NCBI GenBank assembly: GCA_964016885.1
Contig: OZ024741.1
Coordinates: 233,802,001-233,866,000, forward strand
DNA: 64,000 bases
Source of the DNA: Eledone cirrhosa
Taxonomy: Eukaryota
Reading direction: 5' to 3'
The position numbers were made by a program, and so were the translations under genes. The notes beneath the pieces were generated by a model. The model searched no databases, was not told where the DNA came from, and was given only the letters and a program-made list of their open reading frames with translations. Shown here in pieces: positions 37,638 to 50,460 of the stretch (position 1 is its first letter; the number at the start of each line of letters is the position of its first letter).

Positions 37638-38122
37638 GTTGAATGTGTGGTTGTAATCACTAAGGTGAATATGTAATCATAGAAATAAATATACTATATT
37701 GTGTAAAAATCACTGGCGGTGCCTTTCTGACTGATGAACGAGGCAAAATCAACTCTCTTAAGGAAATTCTGACTCCTGGGGCGGTATAGGCCAGTTTGCC
37801 AAGTATTTTACCCAATATAGTATATATACATATACTTATATGTATATATAGGTTATTAGGTGGGTAACTTGTAGTTACTAGCAGCTACGCTGGTTGAAGC
37901 ACTCAATGCTGTTACTCTGTCCATCAGTCATTAGCTTGTGCTCCAGCTTTAGGGTGGCTGTAGTTTGCAGAGTGTATATCTGAAGAAGTGTCGATTGAGA
38001 GTTGGGATCCGATCGCATGATCAAATCCGAGCTGATTGATAGAGAAACAAATTGTAATATGAAATAAAGTTTACAAAAAGCTGCAATTCTTATTGTCACT
38101 TTATACATATATATATATATAT

Positions 38123-39879
38123 ATTGTTATACTTTGGGAGGGTCATGTTGCCAATGAGAAACACATGCACCAGTTGCTTTCACTCCAATTTATTATAAGT
38201 TAAATTAAATTATAAATTTAAGAAATTTATAACTTCCGATTGGTTAGTTGGTTTCACAACCGGACGGTTGTTCATATATTGTTCAAATTTAATGGAAAAA
38301 CATATGCCCAAGAGGAGGGAGCAGCCATTGGTGTTAGCATTGCAGGTGACATAGCTAACCTATTCATGGTATGGTGAGACAATAAACTTAAAGAACAATT
38401 AGAAGACAACAACCTCTTAACCCTGATTATGTACTCCCGCTATGTTGATGATATAAACATCATAGTAAAAACACTCCCACTAGAGAACTGTCAGGAATTA
38501 GAGAAAAACACCATGGAAAGCATCCAGCAAATAGCTAAATCCATCCACCAGAGTATTAAAGTTACTATAGACTACCCAAGCAAATACCCCAACCATCGAT
38601 TACCTGTACTAGACACAGAGCTCTGGTTAGAAACTACTAATAACAAAAAACAAATCCTCCATTCCCATTATGCCAAACCCATGACTTCCAAATATCTGAT
38701 CCACCGAAACTCAGCTGTTTCGGACCATACCAAAATCAACATACTGATTGCGGATTTAGTACGGGTGATGAGGAACGTGTCCCGCATGTGCAACTCCAAA
38801 GAACTAGAGAGATACATACAACACTTCATCCACCGTATGCAGTTCTCTGGTTACAATCAGAGAGATAAAATCAGAGTATATAGAGGAGCCAGAACCAAAT
38901 GGGAAAAAATGGTAAATAATGATACAAATGGGACCTGCCCCTTGTATAGGAGCAAATTTTGGAATAGAATAGAAAGAACGAGGAATAAGGTTAATAAATA
39001 AACTCATGGTATGATAGCAATAAATACCAGAGTGTAATGTTCATCAATACAACCCCTAGAGGCGAACTAGGTTACAAATTTAGAAGAGCCCTAGATAAAC
39101 TTAAACTAAATATTAAGATAGTGGAAAGACCAGGTACCTCCATAAAAACACTTATTAGTAATACATACCCTTTTCAAAGACCTCCCTGTATAGATAAGAA
39201 ATGCATAATCTGTAAACTAAGCCCCCATATTAACTGCAAAACTAGAAACATAGTATATAGCATAAGATGTACTGAGGGACAATGTAGAGATAAGAATATC
39301 GTGTACATAGGTGAGACAGCTCGTAGTATAGGAGAACGATTAAATGAACACTGGCGAGAGCTTCAAGATAGAAAAGATTCATCAGTACTCCACCAACATG
39401 CTAAAATAGAACATAAGGGCAAATTAGAGAACATAGAAATAAAAATAGAATCAACACACAGAAATGACGGAATGTTTAGACAAATCACAGAGGCAATAAA
39501 CATAAATGAACTCCAACCAAAATTAAATAGAAAACATGAATGGAATAGCAACATTACAACTTACAATTAAGGACAAAATGAAAACACACACACATAGAAC
39601 ACATGCGCAAACTAAGCACACAACACTCACAAAAACAAGATGGCGTGGGACAAAACAAAGAGAAGAATCCCTGGTCACTGATAAGGTCACAGAATGTGTG
39701 ACGAAAGAACTTTGATAATATATGAACAACCATCCGGTTGTGGAACCAACCAACCAACCAACCAGAAATTATAAATTTCTTAAATTTATAATTTAATTTA
39801 ACTTATAATAAATTGGAGTGAAAGCAACTGGTGCGTGTGTTTCTTATTGGCAACATGACCCTCCCAAAGTATAACAATA
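38123..39879 (+). mobile_element. Penelope-like element (Naiad-type motifs) with inverted partial pLTRs; RT C-half + GIY-YIG interrupted by two stops
   Basis: YSRYVDDI, LPVLD, SGY, CIDKKCIIC..CKTRNIVY..VYIGETARS..ER..EH, RQITEA, LNRKHEWN; ~155-bp inverted repeats at 38123-38280 and 39717-39879. Confidence 0.88.
39674..39716 (+). ncRNA. Degenerate hammerhead-like motif in PLE 3' pLTR
   Basis: GUCA-CUGAUAA-G-GUCACA(GAAUG)UGUGAC-GAAA-GAAC-UU-UGAU; core has G8>A. Confidence 0.45.
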
Positions 39880-40187
39880 TCGGTTTCAACACACGTTTTC
39901 AGATAAAGAATCTTGCTAAACAAATTCAAAAACGATATATATATATATACCAAAAGTAGAACTATACAAACAATTCTCAAAGGAAAATAGTAGTATGAAA
40001 ATGATAGTATGTAATTGCTAGGTTTTAAAAAAGAAATAACTCAATGCGTTTATAAAATATTTAAAGGTTTGAAGAGAAAGAATGGAATACATATATCTTT
40101 TGAAACATGTGTAAAAGAGTAAATATGGCTTTTAGATAAAAGAAGCTAAATTTTCCATTTATACTCTTGTTTATATATATATTTATA

Positions 40188-40345
40188 TCTTCTGAAGATT
40201 CCATATAGGGTAAGCAGAAATTCTTTGCTTGAACTTTAATCTGTACTAATAATAAATATTTGCTCTGCTGGTTTATATATACTTATATATATACAATCCT
40301 TATCAAGCCCTCTTCGGATTTTGGTCTTTGTATTTATTATTACTA
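40188..40345 (+). mobile_element. Solo PLE pLTR relic related to 18020-18180
   Basis: ctgaagattccatataggg..ttctttgcttgaactttaatctg..ccttatcaagccctcttcggatttt. Confidence 0.6.
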
Positions 40346-40459
40346 TATATATATATGTATACATACACACAAACATACATACATACGCACATACATATAC
40401 ACACACACACACGTATGTGTGTGTTTGTGCATATATATATGTATATATATACATACATT

Positions 40460-41060
40460 GAAAGTATCATCCACCTCTGCAGAATGGAAGACGATCGAAT
40501 CCCAAAACAACTTTTGTATGGCAAGCTTTGTAAAGGTAAGAGACCGCCTCACAAGCCAAAGCTCCAATTCAAAGATTGTGTAAAGGGCTCATTGAAAAAA
40601 GTGGTTTGATAGTGGCTGACTGGGAGATAGAAACTCTTGAAAGAGAAACTTGGCATGGAATGGTAAATGATGAGGTCCATAATTTCGAGGACAGATGCAT
40701 AGAGCATGAGAAGATCAAACGGGATGTGTGTAAGCAATGCCCTGGTGTATCTCTCAAAAAAATCGGTGTCTCCATTGAATTGGTGTTCCCTGAGTGCAGA
40801 AAGATTTGCTTGAGCAAATCTAGTCTCAGGAACCACAGTTGCAGCCATGTTCAGAGAGAACCAGTGAACTATTATCTCCACAGTATTGTGAAGGTTCTCA
40901 GGCAACCTGATGCAAGACCTGAGACCAGGGAAGTCCATAGTTGCTGTCAATGTGCGAAGGAGTGCAAGTCTCTAGCAGACTTGAAAAGCCATATCAGAGC
41001 GTCACACATCTGAATCTGACAAGCGATTGCAATACTCTTAGGGTGAGTTTGCAGCCATCA
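40460..41060 (+). mobile_element. RTE/BovB-like LINE 3' fragment with C-terminal zinc fingers
   Basis: HLCRMEDDRIPKQLLYGKL..GKR..KPKLQFKD; CCQCAKECKSLADLKSHIRASH. Confidence 0.8.
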
Positions 41061-41109
41061 TATACATACGCACACACACACACACACAGAAGTGTGTGTG
41101 TGTGTGTGT

Positions 41110-42190
41110 GTATACACTCATGAAGTTTTGAGACTTTCTTTTCAGGCACTTTTGATTGCCCTACATAATTTTCACTCTAATACATCCTTAATATGGTTAT
41201 TATAGGCTAACATGCCAAATCTTTCTTTTCTAGATTGAAAGTTCTGGCCACTAGAGCACTTTAAACACTACCCATCACACATGTTTTGTCACAGCTGAGT
41301 GGTTCCACAATGCACTTGGGACATGAGGACAACCTGGAGGCTTGATATGCAATGAAGTTTTGTGTCAAACTTGGCAAAAATACTACAGAAACCTATGAAA
41401 TTATCAAAACTGCTTACGGACTAACTTTCGTGAGCCGGGCGACTGTTTTCTGCTAGCACAAGAGGTTCCAGGAGGGAAGGGAGTAGGTCAGGGATGATAA
41501 GAAGTGTGGCAGATGGACATCAGGATGCCAAAGCTGGTTGACAAAATTTGCAAATTTCTGGACAAGGACCTTCGTGCATCTCTCCTGATGATTGCAAAAC
41601 AATTTGAAGTGGCTGAAGACACTGTGCACAGTCATTCATGATAATCTGAACACATGCAAAGTTTGTTTCCAGGATACTCAATGAAGATCAAAGGCAGAGG
41701 TGCATTAATGAAGGCAGGAAGATGGTCAAATGGATCACTTTGAATCCAAGTGTCCTTGAGTCTCTGGTAAGCTGTGACAAGAGCTGGGTCAACTCTTATG
41801 ATCTAGAGACCAAGAGACAGAGTGCCCAGTGGAAACATTCTGACTCCTCAGGGCCCAAGAAGGCCAGGCAAAACCAGTCCACTGGGAAGCTCGTGATGAT
41901 CCTATTCTTCAACAGCAAGGGCATCATCTAAATACACTGGGTCCTCCATAGCCAGACAATCTACAAAGAGTACTATGTTGAGGTTTTAAGGCAGTTCAGA
42001 AAGCGATGTTATTGCAAAAGACCAGAACTCTTCAAGTCTGGTCAGTGGCACCTGCACCAGAACAATGCCCCCTGCCACAAATCTATCCTGATGACCAACT
42101 ACTTGGCTGATATGGGGATCAAGACTGTCCATCATCCTCCCTACAGTCCAGACTTAGCACTATGTGATTTCTGGATGTTCCCAAAGTGTA
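41110..42190 (+). mobile_element. Decayed mariner (DD34D-type) transposon
   Basis: FCVKLGKNTTETYE.., LVSCDKSWV..YDLETKRQSAQW, HQNNAPCH, HPPYSPDLALCDFWMFPK. Confidence 0.88.
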
Positions 42191-42902
42191 CTATGTGTGA
42201 CACCATTAGAAAGTATCTGGTTAGGTTTACCATTTTGTGATTTTATATGAGGTATTTAGAGGTATAAGTGAGTTAAAGTAATGTGTTTAATCATGTTATT
42301 TAGAGGAGCACTAATTGGGTTAATATAATAAATTCAGGGGGATTGGAGGGTTCTCTTGGATTAAAGGATTTATGTGTATATTAGTATTCCTATTCTTACT
42401 TTTATTTTTATAATTATTACAAAGAACAAATTTACTCATAATCACATTAAACTTTTTAAGAGATGGCCTAGAATCCATGGAAATATGAAATGTTACTATT
42501 ATAACCAGACCTAGCCAAGGCTTCCTTATAGTACCAGGCAGAAAGTCTCGAAATCCTGTGGGATACTTCTTTAACAATAGAATTAATGATAGACTTAGGG
42601 TGGTTATCCATCCTACATTGATTATAGTTTTTAATAATAAATTGAGCATCATCTCTATATAAACTGCTCTGTAAAATAGGAACTTCCTTGCTAAGCTTAT
42701 GTAATAAGTAAATATCAACAAGATCAGTGACTGGTGCTCAGTCACCTGAACCCATGGTAATAACAAAGTTGTTAGGACAGTTTGAGCCATCAAAATTCTA
42801 TAATAATATGCCTAGCTGCAATTATGATATCTATCTAATTCCTAGCAAGATTAATGAAACTCTTGGTGAATATTAGAGCATTGTTTAAAATAATAGGATA
42901 AA

Positions 42903-43557
42903 TAAAGATAGACGGTAGCCACGGAGTAGGCAGACCCAGAAAAACCTGGGACGAGCTGATAAATTCCGACCTCACACACTTACACCTCTCCAAGACAATG
43001 TCACTGGACCGAGACCTTTGGCGGTACTCAGTAATAGAGAAGACCCGCCTTACCTAAATACAAAGTAAAACCTACTACAGTCAGTAGGCATCTCTAACAA
43101 AATACACCCCCGTCCCACCACCCTCACCCCATCCTCTCCCCCTTTCAATGTAATGTTATGTTGGTGCCACAACATCCAGGCCGAAACAAATGAGATTGTG
43201 TAGGTGTCACGACAAAATAACACAGTCTACGCTGTAATGTGGCCGTGTAGGCAACACGGTAAAAACCTCCCAGCCCCATACTGTAAATGTGGTTGGTGTT
43301 AGGAAGGGCATCCAGCTGTAGAAAACCCGCCAGACAGTCCACGCTGAAATGTGGCCGTGTAGGCAACACGGTAAAAACCTCCCAGCCCCACACTGTAAAT
43401 GTGGTTGGTGTTAGGAAGGGCATCCAGCTGTAGAAAACCCGCCAGATAGTCCTATGCGAGCAAGATAATCACTCTTGCCTCAAGTGGGAAAACCCCCGTC
43501 CAAACCCATGCAAGCGTGGAACACGGAGTTAAACGTTGATGATGATGATGATGATGA
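42903..43557 (+). mobile_element. RTE LINE 3' fragment with an internally duplicated 3' UTR block
   Basis: GRPRKTWDELINSD..; block 43220-43340 repeated at 43335-43450; (gat)n tail. Confidence 0.85.
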
Positions 43558-44697
43558 CAAGAACAATAATTATCGATATTAAATTATAAGAACTTAAAGT
43601 TATTTTTATTACTAATAGTTTGAACCAATTATAAACTCCGACAGATTAACAGCAAGCCCCTAGCAGTGGAAACTTCTGGTGTCTTTGGCCTAGGGCCACC
43701 ACCTTACTCACCACCATAGGCGCAGAGCTGGCTAGCTCTTCCAGCACATCTCCCTCACCATCCCCTGGGGAAACGCCTTCTCTATTCTGTCCACTGGGGC
43801 CGTGGGGTGGCCAGCACGTAGGACCCCATTTGTTCATAATAGTGGGAGATGGGGAGGGCTGGAAAGACGGAAGTGATGACAGTGGGAGTTTGGTTCCTCT
43901 GTGTTCGGACCTGGTGTACATGTGTTAGTAAGTTGCCTTTGATTTTTTTTTTAACGGACAAGTTAAAGTACAGATGTCTTGTTGACTAGAGTTATCTCCC
44001 ATGTCTAACCAATACCATTAATAACTTCATGTTGTTCTAATAATGTCAATTTTATTTTTCAGTTTAGGTACCCACTGGAAGGAATGTTTGAGGACTCTGC
44101 CTCCATGAACCTCTCAGGAATAAGTGGGTGAAGAAGAAGTTTAGGTATAATTCTATAGGTACATGGGTGTTTTTAGTGTGTTTACTAGAGCTTTTGATTA
44201 GCAATCTTAGTACCAGTTATCTCCATTTAACTGCCATATTAATGGGGTTTTTTAAATTGATCAAGTAGCATCCATATGACATAATATAACGGGTTTTTTT
44301 GTTTTTGTTTTTCATAGTAATGAATAAGAATTTTAGGGTGTCATGTTAAAATGTAACCTCCAGTGACCTCAACATCATTCCTGCTTACTTATATTTACAC
44401 TCTGCATGTTACAGCTGCCTTAACCCTGGACTACACTGAAGTATAAACCTTAAACGAGATGGAACCTTGTAACAGCATTGAGTGCTTTAACCAACCAACT
44501 GCCTGTAACTATAGTTACACACATATCTACCACACACACATATATAGATATGTACTATATATATGTGTGTGTGTGAGTGTGTGTGTGTGTAACAGGTAAA
44601 CAGAAATAACAACACAATCGGTACAGTATATGGAAGGAATATATTAGTTTAATGCTTGAAATAACAGGAAGAGGGTCTTAACGTTTTGGATGCTAGT

Positions 44698-44754
<57 letters not shown>

Positions 44755-44911
44755 AACAAAAGATGGTTTTTAACCATCTTTTGTTCTTATATATTATGTA
44801 TACTCCAGTCCTACAAACTGTAGAGTGCTTCTTATCCGATATCTGCATTGCTTTATTGTACTACAATAAAACTCACCTCCTACATATAAATATATATATA
44901 TATATATATAA

Positions 44912-46192
44912 TGAAGGAGTTGTGGTAAGGAACCAGATAGACCATAATGCACCAGAGTACTCAATACTTAGGGTAGTAGAGTGGGTAATAGGAGAAAATA
45001 TGACCCCGACGGCAGAGATCAAGCCGTTTCGATGGCTATTTCTGGACTAAATGTAAGAGTTTTTAGTCTGGTAAATAAATAGCCGAACTTTTCAAGGGGT
45101 GTATGGGAAGATTGTAGTTGTCAAGAGGATTGGTCAAAATTTGTAGCAGACACAGAAAAGTGTATCATGGCAGAGGGTGCGGGGTTGGGGTGGCTGAACT
45201 TGCCTGTAGAACAATAGGGGAGTGGGTAGAGCCGGTCAAGCGTTGAAGGTGAAATCTATACAGCAAATTCTAAGGAATGTGTATGAAAGTAGGCCAGAGG
45301 AGGTAGGCGAAAAAAGGTTTCTTGAGAAAATGGAGGAGGGATGTCATAGAATTGGTAAATCAAATGGGATTAGGGGACAATGAAAAAATATAATAAAAAA
45401 AGAATATAATAAAAAATGAGAGGAAGATGTATCAGAATGTAAGATAGGAAAGTGGTAAGTGAAATAAAACAAAAACTAAGGAGTCTAACACAGCTCCTAT
45501 ATTTAGTTGGTGCTGCTTTTTCAGCCAATGCTATAGAATGGGTTGCTAGATGAGAATTATTGAAATTTTAGAATTGGGTACTAAAAATTAATATAACATC
45601 CCTGTTGTAAACACAGATTGCGGAAGACTTACCTCGCCCTCAAATACCTTAACGATCCGGGTAGGTAGACAAGGGCTGAAACACCCCACTTGCCGAATAA
45701 GATAGGGGAAACAACAACTTATATAGGTAGATGTACCTCTTTTCTTTTCCTCTATGTTTTCTTCTTCCCTTCGCCTCCTCCTATCATTTCTTTCCACCAC
45801 CGATCTTCTTCCTCGTTCGTTTTTTTGTTTTTTTCCCCTTCCGCCTACCCCGAGGCAGCCCATTGGGCCTCTTTAGCCTCAGTACTCCCACCCCAGTAAC
45901 TTATAGATAGCATTGGGCGATTACGCTATACTAACTATTCATAGCAGCTGTGTTAGACCCCAGAGATGTTGTATTAATTTTTAGTACTCAATTCTAAAAT
46001 TTCAATAATTCTCATCTAGCAACTTTTCTGTGTCTGCTACAAATTTTGACCAATCCTCTTGACAACTACAATCTTCCCATACACCCCTTGAAAAGTTCGG
46101 CTATTTATTTACCAGACTAAAAACTCTTACCTTTAGTCCAGAAATAGCCATCGAAACGGCTTGAGCTCTGCCGTCGGGGTTATACTTTCTCC

Positions 46193-46193
<1 letters not shown>
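44912..46193. mobile_element. Non-coding fold-back element (PLE-like pLTR inversion) carrying two hammerhead copies
   Basis: Inverted arms 44990-45161 / 46021-46193; a second inverted pair at ~45540-45600 / 45965-46023; no RT ORF. Confidence 0.75.
46084..46179 (+). ncRNA. Type I hammerhead ribozyme with U3-A8 core variant (mirror copy at 45004-45099, minus strand)
   Basis: CCCC-UUGAAAA-GUUCGGCUAUUU...AAAUAGCCAUC-GAA-ACGGC(UUGAGCUCU)GCCGU-C-GGGG. Confidence 0.7.
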
Positions 46194-46227
<34 letters not shown>

Positions 46228-46577
46228 ATATATATACTATATACTAAATATATATATATATGTGTGTGTGTACAGGTGTGTGTATTGATGTTGAGCTGTT
46301 CTTTTTAGATACCTGTCACTGTTGTTCAGACAATGGGATTGGTCCAGTGCTAGGCATCACTTAATCTAAATAATTTTCAGGTGGATTGCATGAGTATGGC
46401 TTTTTATTTTTTATTTCATAGCAGCATATGCAGAAAGGAGTCTAAGTCCTTGGCAGGGCTAAAAAGTCATGTGTGTGCCACCCTTGTATGGAAAAATGAT
46501 CAAAGGATGGGAATTCTTGAAACTGAGATGCAGCTGTTATATGTGTGTATATAAATATAAATATATATATATATATA

Positions 46578-46986
46578 ATAGTTAAAGAATGAAGAGTAAC
46601 ATGGTTGGCTGTACAATAAAGGCTTTATTTAAAGTACTGACAATTGTTTCGTTGATCAGGTGTGTCTAGAGTTCGCTAATCGCTTGAGTCAATCGATCTC
46701 CAATACATTGTTTACACCTGGTCAACACATCAGAGCACGTAGATATGAAAATAGCTATTTTATTATTGATGTTATTGTGTTACGCTACCTTTCTATATAA
46801 GTCTTGCCTCGAGTGAACTATTTTCATATCTATGTACTCTGATGTGTTGACCAGTGGTAAACAATGTATTGGAGATCGATTGACGCAACCTCAAGCGATT
46901 AGCGAACTCTAGACACACCTATTTAAGTACTTTAAATAAAGCCCTTATTGTACAGCTAACCATGTTACTCTTCTTTCTTTAACTAT
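46578..46986. repeat. Fold-back (~180-bp arms) containing a hammerhead-like motif at 46634-46738 (-)
   Basis: Arms 46578-46755 / 46817-46986; minus strand GUGCU-CUGAUGU-GUUGACCAGGUGU...ACACCUGAUCAAC-GAAAC-AAUU-GUC-AGUAC. Confidence 0.75.
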
Positions 46987-47536
46987 TTATTTGTAATGTC
47001 ACCAGCATGACCATTCTGCAAGGAGGACTAGGTGCTCTTTTGTCATGACATCACCATGAGCATCTTACATGGTGGACAAGGAGCTTTTGTTGTGTCACCA
47101 GCATGACCACCTTACAGGACGGACCGAGAGCTTCTAGTCATTTCAACAACATTGTGGGTGTGGGTGTTTTATTTTCATTGTTCAATACACTAATACACAC
47201 ATATATATAGATATGTAAAATCCCAACCACGGCGCCAAGCGGTTTCAGCTTGTGTGTTCAGCAAACCTTTTTAAGCTGAACAAAAGTCAAAGATGGTGAG
47301 ATGGATCTAGACTGCCAGTCTGAAGATCAGATTGAGAATGGAGTCAGGTTAATAACTTTGATGGGTGACCCCGAGCCAATCCACTGTGAAACATGCGTAA
47401 CAGATCGATAAACAATAAAAGACTAAACGAAAATTCATCATTTTTCTTAATATGTACGCTCTATCTGTGCATTGAGTGCTCATTTTGGTTCCACCACCAG
47501 TAATTCACTGTATCACAGACACTATATATATGTATT

Positions 47537-47566
<30 letters not shown>

Positions 47567-47567
<1 letters not shown>

Positions 47568-49345
47568 CATCATCATCATCGTTTAATGTCTATTTTCCAC
47601 GCTAGCATGGGTTAGATGGGTTTGTCCCATTTGAGTTAAGTTGGGTCGGGTGACCATGTCTCGCTCATATAGGACTGTTTCTGGCTGTCCTTCCTAATGT
47701 CAAACACATTTATAGTGTGTGCTGGGTGCTTTTTGCCATGTCTCCTACACAACCACTTTATAAGTCTGGGCTGAGTGCTTTTTGTCGTGACACTTACATG
47801 ACCACATCATCATCATCATCATTTTATGTCAACTTTCCATGCTGGCAAAGGTTGGATGGGTTGTTGTGTTCCAAGACTAGAATTGTCAGGGAACTATGTC
47901 TTGCTCATACATTCCATACATGGCATGGTTTCTACAGCTGAATGCCCTTTCTAATGCCAATGACCTGAAAGAGTATACCAGGTGTTTTTCATCATTGCAC
48001 TAGAAATATCACTTTACAGGGTGTACTGAGTACATTTTTCATGGCACTAGCACTGATACTTTACAGAGTGTATTTTACCTTGGCATCAGCATTAGAGTGG
48101 TTGTCCAATGCTTGCCAAACTGAAAAGTATTTTCTACCCTATACTGCCTTCATTCAACTGCCAACCACTTAACAGTGGTGTCACCACTAGAGAGGTTCTC
48201 AAATACTCAATATATATACAGAGCATCTTCTCTACACTATGTTGTCTCACTCACTGAAAGCTAAAAAAAGACCTTGCTTCACATTTACTTCTAGCAATCT
48301 AGTGCATGTACTGGTGGTGGGTGTTTTGTTCTATGGCATATTGCCAATCAGATCATTCCCATTTCATTTATCTTGTGAGGTTTAGTTTCTTGAAATCAGT
48401 CTTCACAATTTGGCGCCCATGTCTTTGTAGTTTTCCTTCTACCACAGGTTCCATCTACTTCAAACACTCGGTAGTTCTTTGTGCAACTCTTGCTTTCTTT
48501 ATGCACCACATGATGACAATACCAGTATAATCATCTTTCTTGTACACTACATTTCCTTCCTCTTGTACTCAGATTTGTTCTCAGTTCACTAGAACTCATT
48601 CAATAACAGTACACATCCAGTGTAGCATGCATGCCATATTTCTTTTTAGTCACTGCAGATTATCTGAATCCAAAGCCCATGTCTCACTGACATGTAACAG
48701 CATTTCTAACACAAGCATTACATAATCTGCCTTTCACTCTGAGAGAAAATTCCTTTGTTGTCAGCAAAGGTAACAGCTCCCTGAAATTCTTCTACCCTGT
48801 TATCACTCTCGCTAAAGCACTTTCAGTACATCTGACACCACTGCTAATGAGGTCACTGAGAAAACAAAATCTATGTATTATTTCTAGTGATCCTGCATCC
48901 ACTAACCACACTGGATACGCTGTATAGTTTCTACTTGCCTCTTTTCTACCAATTGAGCACAGCTATTTTCTTGGTAGTAATAGATTCTTATCCTCTTACC
49001 TAATTATTAAAACTTTAGTCTTTAATAGGTTTACTCTGAGACTCTTTAATTCCAAATTTAGTTTCCCTGTTTGGAACTTCTGCTATGATTAGATCATCAG
49101 TAGAGAGGTTCTGGAAAATTATGATAAACAGGTGGAGGTTGAGAATTGAGCCTTGGTGGACTCCTACATATATGCTAAATTTATCACTGGACTTAGTATT
49201 AGTCCTCACTTTGATAGCTGCACCCTTGTACATGGCTTGTACAACTCTATCCCCAAGTTTCTGAATGCCTGCCAAACTGCAGAGCATAGGATTCTGTCAA
49301 AGGCCTTTTCCAGGTTGACAATTCTTAGCTAAGTACTTCTGCAAT
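47567..49345 (-). mobile_element. Old decayed RTE LINE pieces (RT remnants and 3' UTRs)
   Basis: VQAMYKGA..VGVHQGSILN.HLFIII; (cat)n tails at 47567 and 47805. Confidence 0.7.
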
Positions 49346-49904
49346 TGCCTATAGCATTATGGAGGTGGTAGAAGAAGCAGAATTGGTTTATTGTCTGGGC
49401 ACCCCAGGTCAAATGGCCCAAGAGAATGCCAGTTAAGACAATAATACAGTTCATTGTAATGACATTTTCCAATTTATTGAAATTGTATTTATTACAATCA
49501 AAAAGCTGATAAACTAATTCTGCTTCTACTACTACAATTATAAGGCCATGTCAGTCACCAAGACCTTCTAAAGTTGAAAATATTTTGAATAAAAAACATC
49601 TTACATGCTTTTTTTCATCAAGTGCATTGTTTGTCTTTCAAATCATTCCTCTGAAATTCATTATAACAACATGACCAATGTGCTTCACACAAACTTAAAT
49701 TTCCAGTTACATGAAAGCCACATGTCCAGATAGAAATATCATTATAATTTTAATTTCTATGCTTCAACCACCTAAAATGAATGGGATCAATGAAATAAAG
49801 TACCAGTCAAATACTGAGGTCAATTTAATCAACTTACCCTTTTCCACAAAATTAGAAACTCTTATTATAGTTTTAATTTCTATGCTTCAGTCACCTCAAA
49901 TGAA

Positions 49905-50460
49905 TTTATGAGTAGCCCAACACCTCGGCCTGTGTGAGCCACATAAATGCCGCTGTGGAGCTGTTGTCAATGAGTTCAGCTTGCACACCTTATCATGCAA
50001 CCATAGCACATGCCAGTTCCCCTGACGTGCCACTCTCAACGACATAATGAGAAGGAGCCTCAACACAGCTAGTTTCCCATCACAACTGGAGCCATTAAGC
50101 TTCGATTGTGGTGTCGGCACATGCCCCAATGGAATTACCCTCTTCCTTTTTGAAGGAGGTAAATCCTTCATCTGGGACACGATATGCTGTGACATGTGTT
50201 CCACCTCCAGCTTAGTCACCTCAGCCACAAATCCTAGTACTGCAGCTCACAATGCAGAGGACAGGAAGACAAGCAAATACCAGTTTGTCCAACTACTTCC
50301 TTTTTGCACTAGTTGCTGTCATGACCTCAGACATCCTTGGACCCTGGACAGCTGAACTCCATAGAATCAGATTGATATCATCCCACCTGAGGAAGGAGCC
50401 CTGTGAGGTGGGGTGGCTATTGCAGCATGTGTCCACAGAAATGCCTTTGCCATTTTGTCT
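49905..50460 (+). mobile_element. Decayed CRE-type fragment, homologous to 27461-28240
   Basis: CEPHKCRCG.., FPSQLEP..CPNGITLFLFEGGKSFIWDTICCD..RK.SKY. Confidence 0.75.

Noticed and set aside
38370-38380. In-frame TGA in the Naiad-type PLE as possible selenocysteine recoding
   Set aside because: Context is V-W-*-D, best explained as a TGG>TGA mutation of a Trp. The zinc-finger Cys codons are TGT/TGC and a TAA also breaks the frame at 38999-39001, so this is ordinary decay
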